Source: Lachnospiraceae bacterium
GTDB lineage: Bacteria > Bacillota > Clostridia > Lachnospirales > Lachnospiraceae
Direction of reading: 5' to 3'
Assembly (NCBI GenBank): GCA_021769135.1
Contig: JAETTM010000001.1
Coordinates: 12,366 to 76,365, forward strand
Length of the DNA stretch: 64,000 bases
Shown: positions 29,439-39,727 of the stretch, piece by piece
How positions within the stretch are numbered: position 1 is the first letter of the stretch
Layout of the letters: every line of letters starts with the position of its first letter
Position numbers and translations under genes: made by a program
The notes under the pieces: generated by a model
Databases searched by the model: none
What the model was told of the DNA's origin: nothing
What the model saw: the letters and a program-made list of their open reading frames with translations, nothing else

Positions 29439-30323
29439 TTATCCCCTTATTTTACGTGTATATTCCTCAACCCCAACACCTGTATAGTTCTTCGAGATTT
29501 CATTAAAAATAATTTCCAGATGCTCATATAAAATTTTAATTCCCCCTTCTGTTTTAAAGGTTGGGCTTCCTCCCGGCATCAGTTCAGAGGAATGTAACAT
29601 AAACATTAAGTAGTCACAGTTAGAATCGGCATACTGCTCTATCAAATAAAGCATTTCATCCAGATTGGTCCGATTGGGGCGCAGCCATAAAGCCCTCTTC
29701 TTTTCTTCTGACCACAGAGTTGTTACCGGTATCTCCGTTATCCCCTGTCTGATTGAAATAACAGGCATCTCATTTGAATAATCCGGTCCGGCAAAATGCG
29801 GTGTCTGCCCAACACTTGTAGCCCAATCCACATATGGTGTCACAGAGCAGTCTACAATATAACCCAATTCGTGCAAAATCCTAAAATACTCCTCACTCAT
29901 CCCCCATCTTCCTGCACGGTGGGTAACGGGTCTTTTGCCAAATTTTTTCTCAATCAAATCTGTCATTGCTATCACTTTTTTTCTCATAATCTCTGAGGGA
30001 TACTCTGTCAGATAAGCCAAACCAGAATTCTCCCATCTTGGCAGTTCATAATAAGGTGGCGTATTCCAGGCGTGCAGATGCATGCCGACCTCACACCTCC
30101 TTGCACGCAGATTTTCATTTGCAAAAGCTGTAAAATTCTCATTGTTTACCATTTCCCAATTACAGAACCATGTGGGAATAAAATGATATTGATTACATAA
30201 ATCCTGAAATCTGGGCAGGAAACGTACATTCTCAGTTCCCAGAGGAGTTCCTTCCTTCCATTCCCACAAATTGTCTCCTTCTGTATCTATGGTTATCACA
30301 AAATGTTTCTTTTTTTGTTTCAT
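29439..30323 (-). CDS. Polysaccharide-deacetylase-like (CE4-superfamily-like) protein
   Basis: Start at MKQKKKHF (AAGAGG SD). FVITIDTEGDNLW..EVGMHLHAWN..THRAGRWGMS..MLHSSEL. The family call is from pattern memory only. Confidence 0.55.
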   Translation of the reverse strand: MKQKKKHFVITIDTEGDNLWEWKEGTPLGTENVRFLPRFQDLCNQYHFIPTWFCNWEMVNNENFTAFANENLRARRCEVGMHLHAWNTPPYYELPRWENSGLAYLTEYPSEIMRKKVIAMTDLIEKKFGKRPVTHRAGRWGMSEEYFRILHELGYIVDCSVTPYVDWATSVGQTPHFAGPDYSNEMPVISIRQGITEIPVTTLWSEEKKRALWLRPNRTNLDEMLYLIEQYADSNCDYLMFMLHSSELMPGGSPTFKTEGGIKILYEHLEIIFNEISKNYTGVGVEEYTRKIRG

Positions 30324-30342
30324 CACAGCCTCTTTTCCATAT

Positions 30343-31953
30343 TTATTGCATGCAGCCGTCAAGCACCTCGGACAAAGATATTATCGGAAGTAAGGTTTTT
30401 CCCATTAGCCCCTTCTTTATAGCTTCTGCTTCATGTACTGGCGTAATAATGATGCAATCTGCATCTGGTATTCTTTCCTCCGCCGTAATAACAGGAAATC
30501 CTCCATATTTGTTTATTGCATTTCTATCAATAGCACATACGATATCAATACTGCTACCTTTCAAATCTTCCAACAAATGATTTGCCATCTTTCCCAAACC
30601 ATAAATAATAATCTTTTTCATGCCCTGTGATATAAAATATTGTTTTGTTCCGCCGCCCTTTTCACGCAGTGTCATCCACTTTTCCAACAGTCTATAATAT
30701 GCAACATACATATTTGTATTTGACGCTTCCGGTGTCGGATATGCTTCTATATTTTTTCTTCTAATCTTTTCAAACTCGTTACAATCCCCTTCTCTTTGTC
30801 TAATGTTTGTAAATATATCTTCCACCCATAGAGAACCAATTACATCTGCTGAAAACCTATGTGCCATTTTTACCGCCGCTGCCGCCATTTGGTTTCTTAA
30901 TTCATCGTCTTTAAGCAAATGCACTATCTCTTCTGCCAGCGCTTCTTCCTCCTGTGAAATATCATCCGCATAATTCTCCGTAATATAAGGCGTTATAATA
31001 CCACAGTTTCCTACGATAGGGCTAGAAATGTCTTTTTGCTCATATGAAATTCCAAGTTCCTCCCTAATCCCCCCTGGGCTGTCACAGGAAACCACCGGTA
31101 CACCTACGCTCAAAGCCTCCAGAACCGAACAAGGCATAGCTTCGTATCTGGAGGTCATTGCAAAGACTTTTGCTTTTGCCAAATAGTCCTGAACATTCTT
31201 CACATTTCCAGGCATCTCCACATCCTCGCTTAAGCCCAACTGCTTCACCAGCATTTCCAGCTTAGGCCTCAATTCCCCTTCCCCTAAAATAATCAGCTTG
31301 CTATCCGGACATTCCTCTTTTACCTGACGAAAAGCTTTAATCAAATGCCACTGCCTCTTAATACTGTGCATCCTGCCAACTGCAATAACAATGTTCTCTT
31401 TATGATTATTTTTCTTATCCTGCATCATATGAACCGGATTGTATACCGTTCTTGTGATACAATTCTTATCCCCATAATGCTTTAGCCAGTCATCCCTGCA
31501 AAAATCTGACGGAAATGTAATAAGTTCTGCGTACTGGTATAGCTCGCGAAAAGTTTCTTCCGCCCAGAATACTGATTTCTCATACTTTGCATATTCAGAA
31601 TTTACACTATGGGTTGTAAGAATGACTTTTTCTTTCCCTCTGGATAAAATATTAAAGTAATTTGCAAGCTGCATAAAACTGATTGCAATATCAATATGAT
31701 ATTTCTTTTTCAAATCCTCCAGTTCACTTACTCTGTCCTGCAAGGGGTTGGCATTCTGTGTTTTACCCATTGATGATAAAGCAAAGCTATAGTCTACAAG
31801 AGTTCCTGCATAATCATATTCAATTTTTACCGATAATTCTGTAAAAATATATACTTTAAAACCCCTTTGGGTAAAAATCACACTTAAGTCAGCGGCACAC
31901 CGCTCCGCACCTCCGCCTTGTAATGTGCCTATTATCAATGCAATATTTTGCAT
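30343..31953 (-). CDS. GT4 (GT-B) glycosyltransferase fused to the C-terminal Rossmann-like module
   Basis: GGGAERCAADL..VGRMHSIKRQ..SRYEAMPCSVLEALSVGVPVV, then KKIIIYGLGKMANHLLEDL..AIDRNAINKYGGFPVIT. Confidence 0.85.
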   Translation of the reverse strand: MQNIALIIGTLQGGGAERCAADLSVIFTQRGFKVYIFTELSVKIEYDYAGTLVDYSFALSSMGKTQNANPLQDRVSELEDLKKKYHIDIAISFMQLANYFNILSRGKEKVILTTHSVNSEYAKYEKSVFWAEETFRELYQYAELITFPSDFCRDDWLKHYGDKNCITRTVYNPVHMMQDKKNNHKENIVIAVGRMHSIKRQWHLIKAFRQVKEECPDSKLIILGEGELRPKLEMLVKQLGLSEDVEMPGNVKNVQDYLAKAKVFAMTSRYEAMPCSVLEALSVGVPVVSCDSPGGIREELGISYEQKDISSPIVGNCGIITPYITENYADDISQEEEALAEEIVHLLKDDELRNQMAAAAVKMAHRFSADVIGSLWVEDIFTNIRQREGDCNEFEKIRRKNIEAYPTPEASNTNMYVAYYRLLEKWMTLREKGGGTKQYFISQGMKKIIIYGLGKMANHLLEDLKGSSIDIVCAIDRNAINKYGGFPVITAEERIPDADCIIITPVHEAEAIKKGLMGKTLLPIISLSEVLDGCMQ

Positions 31954-31980
31954 ATGGCCTCCCGTTAGAACTCTATTCTA

Positions 31981-32457
31981 CTAAACTTCAAACACAATAT
32001 CCTCTATAGAAACAATCGGACATTCTACTTTCTCCTTGAGCATTTCTTCTATTTCATCAAAAAAATCAATTGCAGTTACCACAATAGCATCTACATGGCC
32101 TGGCAGCTCCTCTGGCAGCACAATCGTAATATCGGCATGGCTGGAAAGCACCCTTTTGTCAATTCCATATGCCACTTCTATTTCTGTTCCTTTCAACTCC
32201 TCCAAAAGAGTCTCCCCAATATAACTCATCCCATAGATAGCAACTTTCCTGTAGTTATTTTTTTCAAAAAAAGAAGATAAATTTTTCCCCTCCTGCTTTA
32301 CCTTCACCCATTGATTCATCATATGGAACATTGCTAAAAATTTCCCTGATAATCTTTCCGCTTTCTTTCGTTTATCTCTTTCCGCTTTGCCCACAGCCCC
32401 AGCACCTGCCAATGCTCCCACCAAAGCCGAAAATACCGAAATGGTTTCCTTTTTCAT
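31981..32457 (-). CDS. Stand-alone copy of the Rossmann-like module with an N-terminal hydrophobic helix
   Basis: 158 aa. ISVFSALVGALAGAGAVG, a basic stretch, then MMNQWVKVKQEGKNLSSFFEKNNYRKVAIYGMSYIGETLLEEL..GIDKR..DAIVVTA. No catalytic domain is attached. Confidence 0.65.
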   Translation of the reverse strand: MKKETISVFSALVGALAGAGAVGKAERDKRKKAERLSGKFLAMFHMMNQWVKVKQEGKNLSSFFEKNNYRKVAIYGMSYIGETLLEELKGTEIEVAYGIDKRVLSSHADITIVLPEELPGHVDAIVVTAIDFFDEIEEMLKEKVECPIVSIEDIVFEV

Positions 32458-32471
32458 TTAAACATTTCTCC

Positions 32472-33653
32472 CTATTTACGTTTACTATTTTCTATCACAT
32501 ACTCATACAGACTCACCAATTTTCTAACCACATAGTCCGGTTGCAGCCTGTCAATCCGTCTTTTGGCCCATTTCCCCATCTCCATCTTTTCTTTTTCACC
32601 CATAGCTACAGCCATCTGCATTTTTTCTAACAAATCCTGTGAATTGCCTATCTGACAGAGCAAACCATTTTTGCCATGTTTGATTAATTGCTCAAAACTG
32701 GCGCCATCCGTTCCGATGACCACCCTTTCAAAATACATTGCTTCAATACAGGCATTTGAAAGGTTCTCCATATACGAAGGCAAAACTACAAAGTCAGCGG
32801 AACAAATAACAGGATATAACTGTTTGTGCTCCAAGGCCTTTGATATGATAATTCTATCCACATATTTTCCCGCTTTTTCCTGTAGCAGGCGGGTTGAATT
32901 TTCCCCATTTATCCTGCATTCATCTCCAATGAACACAAAATCATAATCTGGATTATTTTCTAAAAACTTTTCCAGTATCTCTGCGATAACTAAAATACCT
33001 TTTTCTGCATATAGCGCTCCGAAGAATAATACATATTTTTTCCCTTGCAAATAATGGTTATAAAATTGATAATCGTATTCCTCCACATCATTTACAAAAG
33101 GAGTTTCAATCACTTTTACCCTTCTACGACAATCCCTTCCAAATTGGGCTGCATTTGTTATACACGGTGCAAAAATCGCATTGCATCTATGGGATGATGC
33201 CCTTTCAATCAAAGCCATCATCCTCACAGTCTCCAGCGAATGTGTCTGATAAGATGAAAATGCGGTCTTCGCATAAGAGGATAATCTTAACACCGTCGGA
33301 ACCTTTTCATGATAAAGCAATGCTATTCCATAAAGTGAAGTAAATTGGATAATATCAATATGAATCTTCTTCAACAATTCTGTAATCTTTCGGTTCAAAG
33401 CATAACCTGTCTGTAGAGCGCTTAACGCATAATTAAGGGACTGTGACTTATAATTATGGTATGTTTTGACGCTTACAGTCCATATTTCTATACCTCGTTC
33501 CGTTCTATGACTATCCCACCCTCCTACTGCCAGAATCATGGGCTTATGCCCCAGCTGAATCAGCGATAAGGATACACGATATAAATAGTTAGGAAAACCT
33601 GTTGTTGGCTGTCCTCTTCTGGGATAATCTGTTGATGCAAACAGTATGTTCAA
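32472..33653 (-). CDS. GT4 (GT-B) glycosyltransferase
   Basis: 393 aa. ILFASTDYP..FGALYAEKG..LPSYMENLSNACIEAMYFERVVIGT. Confidence 0.85.
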   Translation of the reverse strand: MNILFASTDYPRRGQPTTGFPNYLYRVSLSLIQLGHKPMILAVGGWDSHRTERGIEIWTVSVKTYHNYKSQSLNYALSALQTGYALNRKITELLKKIHIDIIQFTSLYGIALLYHEKVPTVLRLSSYAKTAFSSYQTHSLETVRMMALIERASSHRCNAIFAPCITNAAQFGRDCRRRVKVIETPFVNDVEEYDYQFYNHYLQGKKYVLFFGALYAEKGILVIAEILEKFLENNPDYDFVFIGDECRINGENSTRLLQEKAGKYVDRIIISKALEHKQLYPVICSADFVVLPSYMENLSNACIEAMYFERVVIGTDGASFEQLIKHGKNGLLCQIGNSQDLLEKMQMAVAMGEKEKMEMGKWAKRRIDRLQPDYVVRKLVSLYEYVIENSKRK

Positions 33654-33709
33654 TTTGTCGTCTCCTTGTCTGATTTTTTATCCGATTATTTACCAGAGGC
33701 GCTGTATCT

Positions 33710-34939
33710 TTAAACTCCTACCCGGGCAATAATCTGCTGTTCATATAAACTATCTGCAATTTCATCAGGGATTCTGTAATTGACAGATTCTGCCACACAC
33801 TTTCCTGGTATTTTAATCTTTTTGTCAGTGCCCCGCATATACCACTCATACTCATTATCCAATTGTCCAATATCTAAAGCCTGAATTCCTTTCATAGCCA
33901 AATCGTAAGCCAAAACCGTTGCCGTAGGCCCCAAGCTAATTAGAGCCAGCGTATCTTTCCCTGCATACTTTTCTGCTGCTGCCAAGATTTCATCATACAT
34001 AGAAAAGGCATTTTTTGCCGGGGCAATAACCCTGCGGATACTGGCTGCCTCCTGAAACAAGTCATTTCTTATCCCATTATACGCATATCTGCCTTCTACA
34101 ACCAGAATATCCCGATTTTTCCATATTTTTTTAAACAGCTTAAAAATATGGCTTGCATAAGCCTTGTCCTGATACTGGATATATGGTCTTGATACATACG
34201 CATCATAATATATTCGATTAAGGTCTATCATCTGCATTACATTTTCACGAATACCCTGTGATAAATATTGACGTATTGCATCTGCCGAATCTTCTGTAAA
34301 ACAGTCTAAATTGCCAAAATCGTTAGCTAATGCAATAATTATCCTCTGGTCCTTACAATTAAATACCTCTTTCAATCGCTCGGCAAGTTTTTTATCCGTT
34401 TCCTGAAACCATGGGCGCGATCTGTTTTGCATAATCTCCAATTCGCCATCCCCATAACGGCTTAAAGATTTTTTTTCTTTTATTATCGTTTCCAACAGTT
34501 CCTCTGCCGATCGTATCATCGGCCCTGGCTTTATACCTAACTCATATGGCAAATTATTTAGACGGATTTTAATTTTCTTTAGTTCCTCTTCCAGCTCATA
34601 TACCTTTTTAACATTGCCATCTATAAAATCATATTCTGTATCCGATTCCCAATAGACAATAATTTTGCTCTCTTCAATTCCCATTTCCCTACACTGCTCT
34701 AAAATGGTCTCACTGAATTCAGGTGAAATAATAATATAATCAATTGATTGATTAATTAATTTTTCTGGAGCATCTATTAACCACTGGTTCATGTATCGTT
34801 CATGATGCCGTTCCCGATTTGAATCAGCTATTCCTTTCAAGATACATTTATCTTTCCGGATTGCACTCACTACCATTTTGCATTTTTTTCCAGCTCCCCA
34901 AATGGCCACTGTTGGTAGGCTTTTCCTCTCGCCAGCCAT
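33710..34939 (-). CDS. N-terminal Rossmann-like module fused to a GT-D (DUF1792-type) glycosyltransferase
   Basis: VAIWGAGKKCKMVVSAI..IADSN, then SLSRYGDGELEIMQN (the GDGE motif of DUF1792/GT-D) ..LISLGPTATVLAYDL. Confidence 0.75.
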   Translation of the reverse strand: MAGERKSLPTVAIWGAGKKCKMVVSAIRKDKCILKGIADSNRERHHERYMNQWLIDAPEKLINQSIDYIIISPEFSETILEQCREMGIEESKIIVYWESDTEYDFIDGNVKKVYELEEELKKIKIRLNNLPYELGIKPGPMIRSAEELLETIIKEKKSLSRYGDGELEIMQNRSRPWFQETDKKLAERLKEVFNCKDQRIIIALANDFGNLDCFTEDSADAIRQYLSQGIRENVMQMIDLNRIYYDAYVSRPYIQYQDKAYASHIFKLFKKIWKNRDILVVEGRYAYNGIRNDLFQEAASIRRVIAPAKNAFSMYDEILAAAEKYAGKDTLALISLGPTATVLAYDLAMKGIQALDIGQLDNEYEWYMRGTDKKIKIPGKCVAESVNYRIPDEIADSLYEQQIIARVGV

Positions 34940-34976
34940 TATTTTCTCCCCCTGACAACACTCCTGTTACAATATA

Positions 34977-36185
34977 TCATGTAACATGGAAATTCTCAAT
35001 TTTCCCATAACATTCTTTGGGCAATTCATAAAGTATGTACTCATGAAAACCCCTTTTTTCTAGCTCTTTTTTAATCTCTTCCTGCAAATCCCAGTTTACA
35101 GAAATAATAATTCCCGTATTCTCTGTAATTATCAAATCTGAAATAGCAAACACTGGAATTTCCTCATCTTCTGACTTTATCTCTGTGACAATAAATCCTT
35201 TGGGAAAAATATTGCAAGCCTGGCACAATCGTAAACATTCCTTTCCTCGCTTTCCTGCTCCATATAAATAAAGCTCAGAATGCTTTTCTGCAAATGCCTT
35301 AATCCGTTCATAGTTATCCAACCCTCTATAAGAACAAATTCCAAACCCTGCATCCAACTGATTCCATAAGCCATTCATCTCACCATGCAATTGATGAATA
35401 AAAGAAGCCGCAAATGATGTAGACAAAAGGATTTTCGTTTCGTATCCCGCATCTTCCACAGCATACTGCATAATCCTCTCTATTGCATGATTAATTTCAC
35501 CATCATTTCTCATTGGCTCTTCTGGGAAGTCTGTATATTTCCAATCTCTTAAAAATATTTTCTTTAATACAGCAGATCTCGCCCAGAAAACCGTACTGTA
35601 TGTAACTGGCGGTTTCTCCAAACAGATATTTCCTGATATATTTAAATCCTGTGCCAGTCTCTTAACATTTTCAAAGTTTTCTCCCCATGCCCCCCTTAAC
35701 CAAGCCCCATTGTCTCTCCCATATGGCGGAAGGGGTACAAACATTCCAATTCTTTTATTTTGGAATGCATCTAACACATTGTATATGTATGCTTTTGATT
35801 GCAGCATATTTCCCCACAGATTCTTAATCCAAGAGTCTACATAACCTTTTTGTTCTTGCCTCTTTTCCTTTTTATCATGTATAAAACACACATATTCATA
35901 ATGAAAAATTAACTTCTTAGCTGCCACTAACAATGCACTTATATCTCTTCCTCTGTTTTCTTTTCTGATTGTTGTAAAACGCTCCCCCTTAAAGCTTTCC
36001 AGTATCTTTTCATTAGATGATATTATTATTATATCTATAAAATCAGGCACTTGCCCCAAATAGTTATGATAAATCTTTACCTGTTCTATATAAAACAGAT
36101 GCACAAAGACAGCTGCCTTTACTTCCTCAATATTTGCTTCTGATATAACCTTTTTCTGGTCGGGAATGATGCAATATGTTTCCAT
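34977..36185 (-). CDS. RgpF-family (rhamnan synthesis protein F-like) glycosyltransferase fused to the C-terminal Rossmann-like module
   Basis: AVFVHLFYIEQ..RKENRGRDISALL..CFIHDKK..WIKNLW, then ELYLYGAGKRGKECLRL. Confidence 0.8.
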   Translation of the reverse strand: METYCIIPDQKKVISEANIEEVKAAVFVHLFYIEQVKIYHNYLGQVPDFIDIIIISSNEKILESFKGERFTTIRKENRGRDISALLVAAKKLIFHYEYVCFIHDKKEKRQEQKGYVDSWIKNLWGNMLQSKAYIYNVLDAFQNKRIGMFVPLPPYGRDNGAWLRGAWGENFENVKRLAQDLNISGNICLEKPPVTYSTVFWARSAVLKKIFLRDWKYTDFPEEPMRNDGEINHAIERIMQYAVEDAGYETKILLSTSFAASFIHQLHGEMNGLWNQLDAGFGICSYRGLDNYERIKAFAEKHSELYLYGAGKRGKECLRLCQACNIFPKGFIVTEIKSEDEEIPVFAISDLIITENTGIIISVNWDLQEEIKKELEKRGFHEYILYELPKECYGKIENFHVT

Positions 36186-36244
36186 AAATAATCATGCTCC
36201 TTTATTCATAGTTTACTCCATTACACCTTCTAGCCTCCATAATA

Positions 36245-37783
36245 TCAACTAAGCAAATCATTCATCCAATTTTCGATAGAAACTGCATTTTGAATTTCCT
36301 TTTGCCGCATTTTTTCAATTACCTCTTCTGCACCATACACTGTAACAATTAAAATGTCCGTTTGTGGAATCTCTTCTTGCAGTCTATACATTGGTATGCT
36401 CTCCAATACTCTTGCCGCATCAATATCCACTGTATAAGCAATTTCTATCCCTTCCTGAATCAGTTGATTAATTAACAATTTTCCAATTGGCCCCACGCCA
36501 TATACAGAGATTTTTTTAATATTTTTTTTATTAAAATATTTTTTTATTTTGTAGGAATTATTTTGTATGATTGATGCGAATCGTATTGTATTTTCATACA
36601 ACCATCTAAACTTATTTATTTTATCATTTAGTAGCTTTAACTGACCTGTTATCTCTTCTTCTGTATAACTATAGCTATATTCACTGGGAATCTCCACCAT
36701 TTCATATTTAGCATTCACTTTTTTAATAGATTCTAACGCTGCATATCCGTTTTCTTCATCAGGTTCCAAGTACATTCCTTCTCCCCACTCATTCCATGCA
36801 TTGATAAATATATATTCGTTTCCGCATTCAATGGCTTTTTTGTACAGTCCATCAATTAACACTTCAAACAACTCACTTGAATTGTCCAACAAACATTCCC
36901 CATTATATCCACGTCTGGGTGTAGTATCATATCCCGGCACTCCACAGAAATATGTTTTGATGCCAATTAAACATTGATTATTTAGCATTTCCTCTACAAA
37001 ATCCGAATATTTAAAACAAGTCACCCCATTTTTTACCGAATATAGATTTTTCTCTAATAATTTTTTTCGTGTATATGTAGGTTCACTTATCAATACCGCA
37101 TCCAGTTCTTCTCTATATCCTGAAACATTGGCTCCAATAAAATAAAGTCCTTTTAATCCTTCCTCTTTTGCTAAATCTGCCCAATATTTTGTCATCTTTT
37201 CTATGCAAGGTATCTGTTCAGCATTATGAAAGATAAAAACAGGTTTGCCATCAATTTTTATATATCTTTCGTCTCTAAAGAATTGAAGTAAATAGTCAAA
37301 ATGTTCTTTCCATTCCTTTCTTGATCCAAAATTTTGTTCAATAAGGATTCCTTCTCCCCCCCGTTCAACATCTTTATCAAATTTTTCTCCCCAAACATCC
37401 CCATAAAAGTTACTCCAGGTTCTAATCCAACTTTTACTCGCCCAGTTAAGGCAATACGGAATATCAATGTCTTTCCATTGGAGCAGGTTTTCTACAGGTT
37501 TTTCCAAAACCCTAGCACCGTCTTTAAAGTAATAATGATAAAAGCAAAATCCATATATGCCATATTTTTTCATCAACTTTTCTTGGTTTTGAAATGTCTT
37601 TTTATCTAACAAATCATAGTAATCATAACCTAATGGAATCTTCGGCTGCTTATGGTCATCGAAACAGGGAAGTGCTTTTTTTACTGCTGTCCAATCAGTA
37701 AACCCCTTTCCCCACCACCTACTGTTATATTCTGTTTCATGATACTGCGGAAGATAGATTGCAATTAGTTTTAAATTATTCAT
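36245..37783 (-). CDS. WbsX-family glycosyltransferase/glycosidase-like protein fused to the C-terminal Rossmann-like module
   Basis: LIAIYLPQYHETEYNSRWWGKGFTDWTAV..INAWNEWGEG, then KKISVYGVGPIGKLLINQL..TVDIDA. Confidence 0.8.
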   Translation of the reverse strand: MNNLKLIAIYLPQYHETEYNSRWWGKGFTDWTAVKKALPCFDDHKQPKIPLGYDYYDLLDKKTFQNQEKLMKKYGIYGFCFYHYYFKDGARVLEKPVENLLQWKDIDIPYCLNWASKSWIRTWSNFYGDVWGEKFDKDVERGGEGILIEQNFGSRKEWKEHFDYLLQFFRDERYIKIDGKPVFIFHNAEQIPCIEKMTKYWADLAKEEGLKGLYFIGANVSGYREELDAVLISEPTYTRKKLLEKNLYSVKNGVTCFKYSDFVEEMLNNQCLIGIKTYFCGVPGYDTTPRRGYNGECLLDNSSELFEVLIDGLYKKAIECGNEYIFINAWNEWGEGMYLEPDEENGYAALESIKKVNAKYEMVEIPSEYSYSYTEEEITGQLKLLNDKINKFRWLYENTIRFASIIQNNSYKIKKYFNKKNIKKISVYGVGPIGKLLINQLIQEGIEIAYTVDIDAARVLESIPMYRLQEEIPQTDILIVTVYGAEEVIEKMRQKEIQNAVSIENWMNDLLS

Positions 37784-38856
37784 TTTCTTTTCCTTCCAAT
37801 AACCGTAATCACTATTTGATAATACTCATCATTAAACATATAGTCACTTTCATTGAGATCCTCCATGCATAACCCATATAAAAGTGCCGTGGCAACTTTA
37901 GCATTGCCATACGAATGTACTTCCACTTCATCAAAATACTTTTCAAACAATAATTTTACTGATTTTTTTGTGAACCTCCAATACTCCCCCCATCTATTAT
38001 AATCTGATATTGATAATTGGCTAATACCATGCATTGTTACTAATGCCGTTCCATTATCTTTTAATGAACGATAAACGTTTTTTATTGTACTTTCAATATC
38101 AAAAATACATTGTAAAGTCTGGGTACATATAAAGCAATCCAACATTTCTTCCTGAATGCCCTCTCCCGTAACTAAGTCACCTTTTATGGCCTTTTCCCCT
38201 AATCCCATTGCATGTAACACGTAGGCCTCTTCTACTTTTTCTCCATATTTTTTTATATAAGTGTCATCCCCAATTTCCATAACACTGCCACAAATTAAAT
38301 TACTTTCGCTTTCCAAAAACTTTTCAATATAATATCTGTCTACTGGCGTTCCCCTTTCCCTGCCAAACCTTCTACTAAGAGGTTCCAATGGCAAACTTAA
38401 TATATCGTTTATTATATGCTTGTCCTTTATCAATCCATTCATTATTCTTGTGTATTCCCTAATATCGGCAAACTTGTAGTTACCACTATTGCATGTAACG
38501 AATAACTCACCGTTTTTCGATACCACTTTCCCATTTAGCTGGCTTAATATCTCCTCTGTACAATCAAAATAGGGGCTATAGTTCATGCCAAATTCTATAC
38601 GATTTTCGTCAATCCCTTCCTTCATCAACTGTTTCCACATTTCAATAAAATGAATTGACATGATTATAATTGGTATCTTGGGTAAATTTATTAATTCTTT
38701 TGGTAAATAGGTAGGAATATCACTTTCCTCTGTACTTATGTCTATATAGCTATCTGCTGCATTATCTATAAATGCAATAATTCTATATTCTTTTTCAATC
38801 TGTTCCTTTTTTCTTTCAAAATACCATCCTTTACCAAATACAATAATATCTTGCAT
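37780..38856 (-). CDS. N-terminal Rossmann-like module fused to a SAM-dependent methyltransferase-like domain
   Basis: MQDIIVFGKGWYFERK..FIDNAAD, then GSVMEIGDDTY..LDCFICTQTLQCIFD..LKDNGTALVTMHG. 4-nt overlap with the next gene. Confidence 0.75.
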   Translation of the reverse strand: MQDIIVFGKGWYFERKKEQIEKEYRIIAFIDNAADSYIDISTEESDIPTYLPKELINLPKIPIIIMSIHFIEMWKQLMKEGIDENRIEFGMNYSPYFDCTEEILSQLNGKVVSKNGELFVTCNSGNYKFADIREYTRIMNGLIKDKHIINDILSLPLEPLSRRFGRERGTPVDRYYIEKFLESESNLICGSVMEIGDDTYIKKYGEKVEEAYVLHAMGLGEKAIKGDLVTGEGIQEEMLDCFICTQTLQCIFDIESTIKNVYRSLKDNGTALVTMHGISQLSISDYNRWGEYWRFTKKSVKLLFEKYFDEVEVHSYGNAKVATALLYGLCMEDLNESDYMFNDEYYQIVITVIGRKRK

Positions 38857-38875
38857 ATAATCTATTCCTCCATAT

Positions 38876-39727
38876 TTAATATTTGTTTAGAAAGACCTTT
38901 CTTACCCGTTTCTGTGCCCTATACTCTTGAATAGAAAAATCCCAATATTTTAAATCTATTACCTCAATTTCATTAAGGGTATTATAGGTATGTATTCCTG
39001 TGAATTTTCTCTTGGTTTTTATAGGAATATCGTCTACTGATATTTTTCTTATTAAATGTTCCTCATAATTTGGCCAAACGCTATCTATTTCACTAAAAGC
39101 TAAACCACCCCCATAGCCTTTAGAGCAATCCTGTGATACCCGGATATACTTGCCATTTTTGTTAAGTATATTTCCTCCTGGACGAGCAAATTCCCTATTA
39201 TCAGTTATATGCCTTTCCCCATCAATGCAGCCATCTTTTAATCTATACAAATAAAGGCCACCACCATGCCTTTGAAAGCTCGGTTTAAATGTAAATAAAT
39301 AATTTTCCCCTTTATATGGGAAAAATGTTGTATCCACACACTTTTCATTTTCAATAAATGTATTTGTTTTCATCCATTTATCCGGAAACTCCCGAAGCTT
39401 ATATACACTCACGTCTTCTCTTTGATAACTTTCCGGGCACATATATAATTCATCATGATAAACAAATATATTTGGATAAGATAAATGCCAGTGCCTGTCC
39501 ATTGTAACTACCCATTCACCAAAAACCCCATTATGGTATTCACAATAACCGATGACTCCATTACGTTCAGATTTATACAAATAAAGCTCTGCGAATAAAT
39601 ATATTTTCTCCTGAAATTCTACCAAAAAAGGATCTGCTGCCCATGCATAAGGTGGGTTAGGAATCAAACGAAACTCTTTTTCTTCTTTCATACGGTAGGC
39701 AATTTGCCAATGATTAAACTTTATCAT
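38876..39727 (-). CDS. Hypothetical protein (possibly a beta-propeller, GH43-like fold)
   Basis: 283 aa. PYAWAADPFLVEF..LSYPNIF..YGGGLAF. The family was not securely recognised. Confidence 0.55.
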   Translation of the reverse strand: MIKFNHWQIAYRMKEEKEFRLIPNPPYAWAADPFLVEFQEKIYLFAELYLYKSERNGVIGYCEYHNGVFGEWVVTMDRHWHLSYPNIFVYHDELYMCPESYQREDVSVYKLREFPDKWMKTNTFIENEKCVDTTFFPYKGENYLFTFKPSFQRHGGGLYLYRLKDGCIDGERHITDNREFARPGGNILNKNGKYIRVSQDCSKGYGGGLAFSEIDSVWPNYEEHLIRKISVDDIPIKTKRKFTGIHTYNTLNEIEVIDLKYWDFSIQEYRAQKRVRKVFLNKY

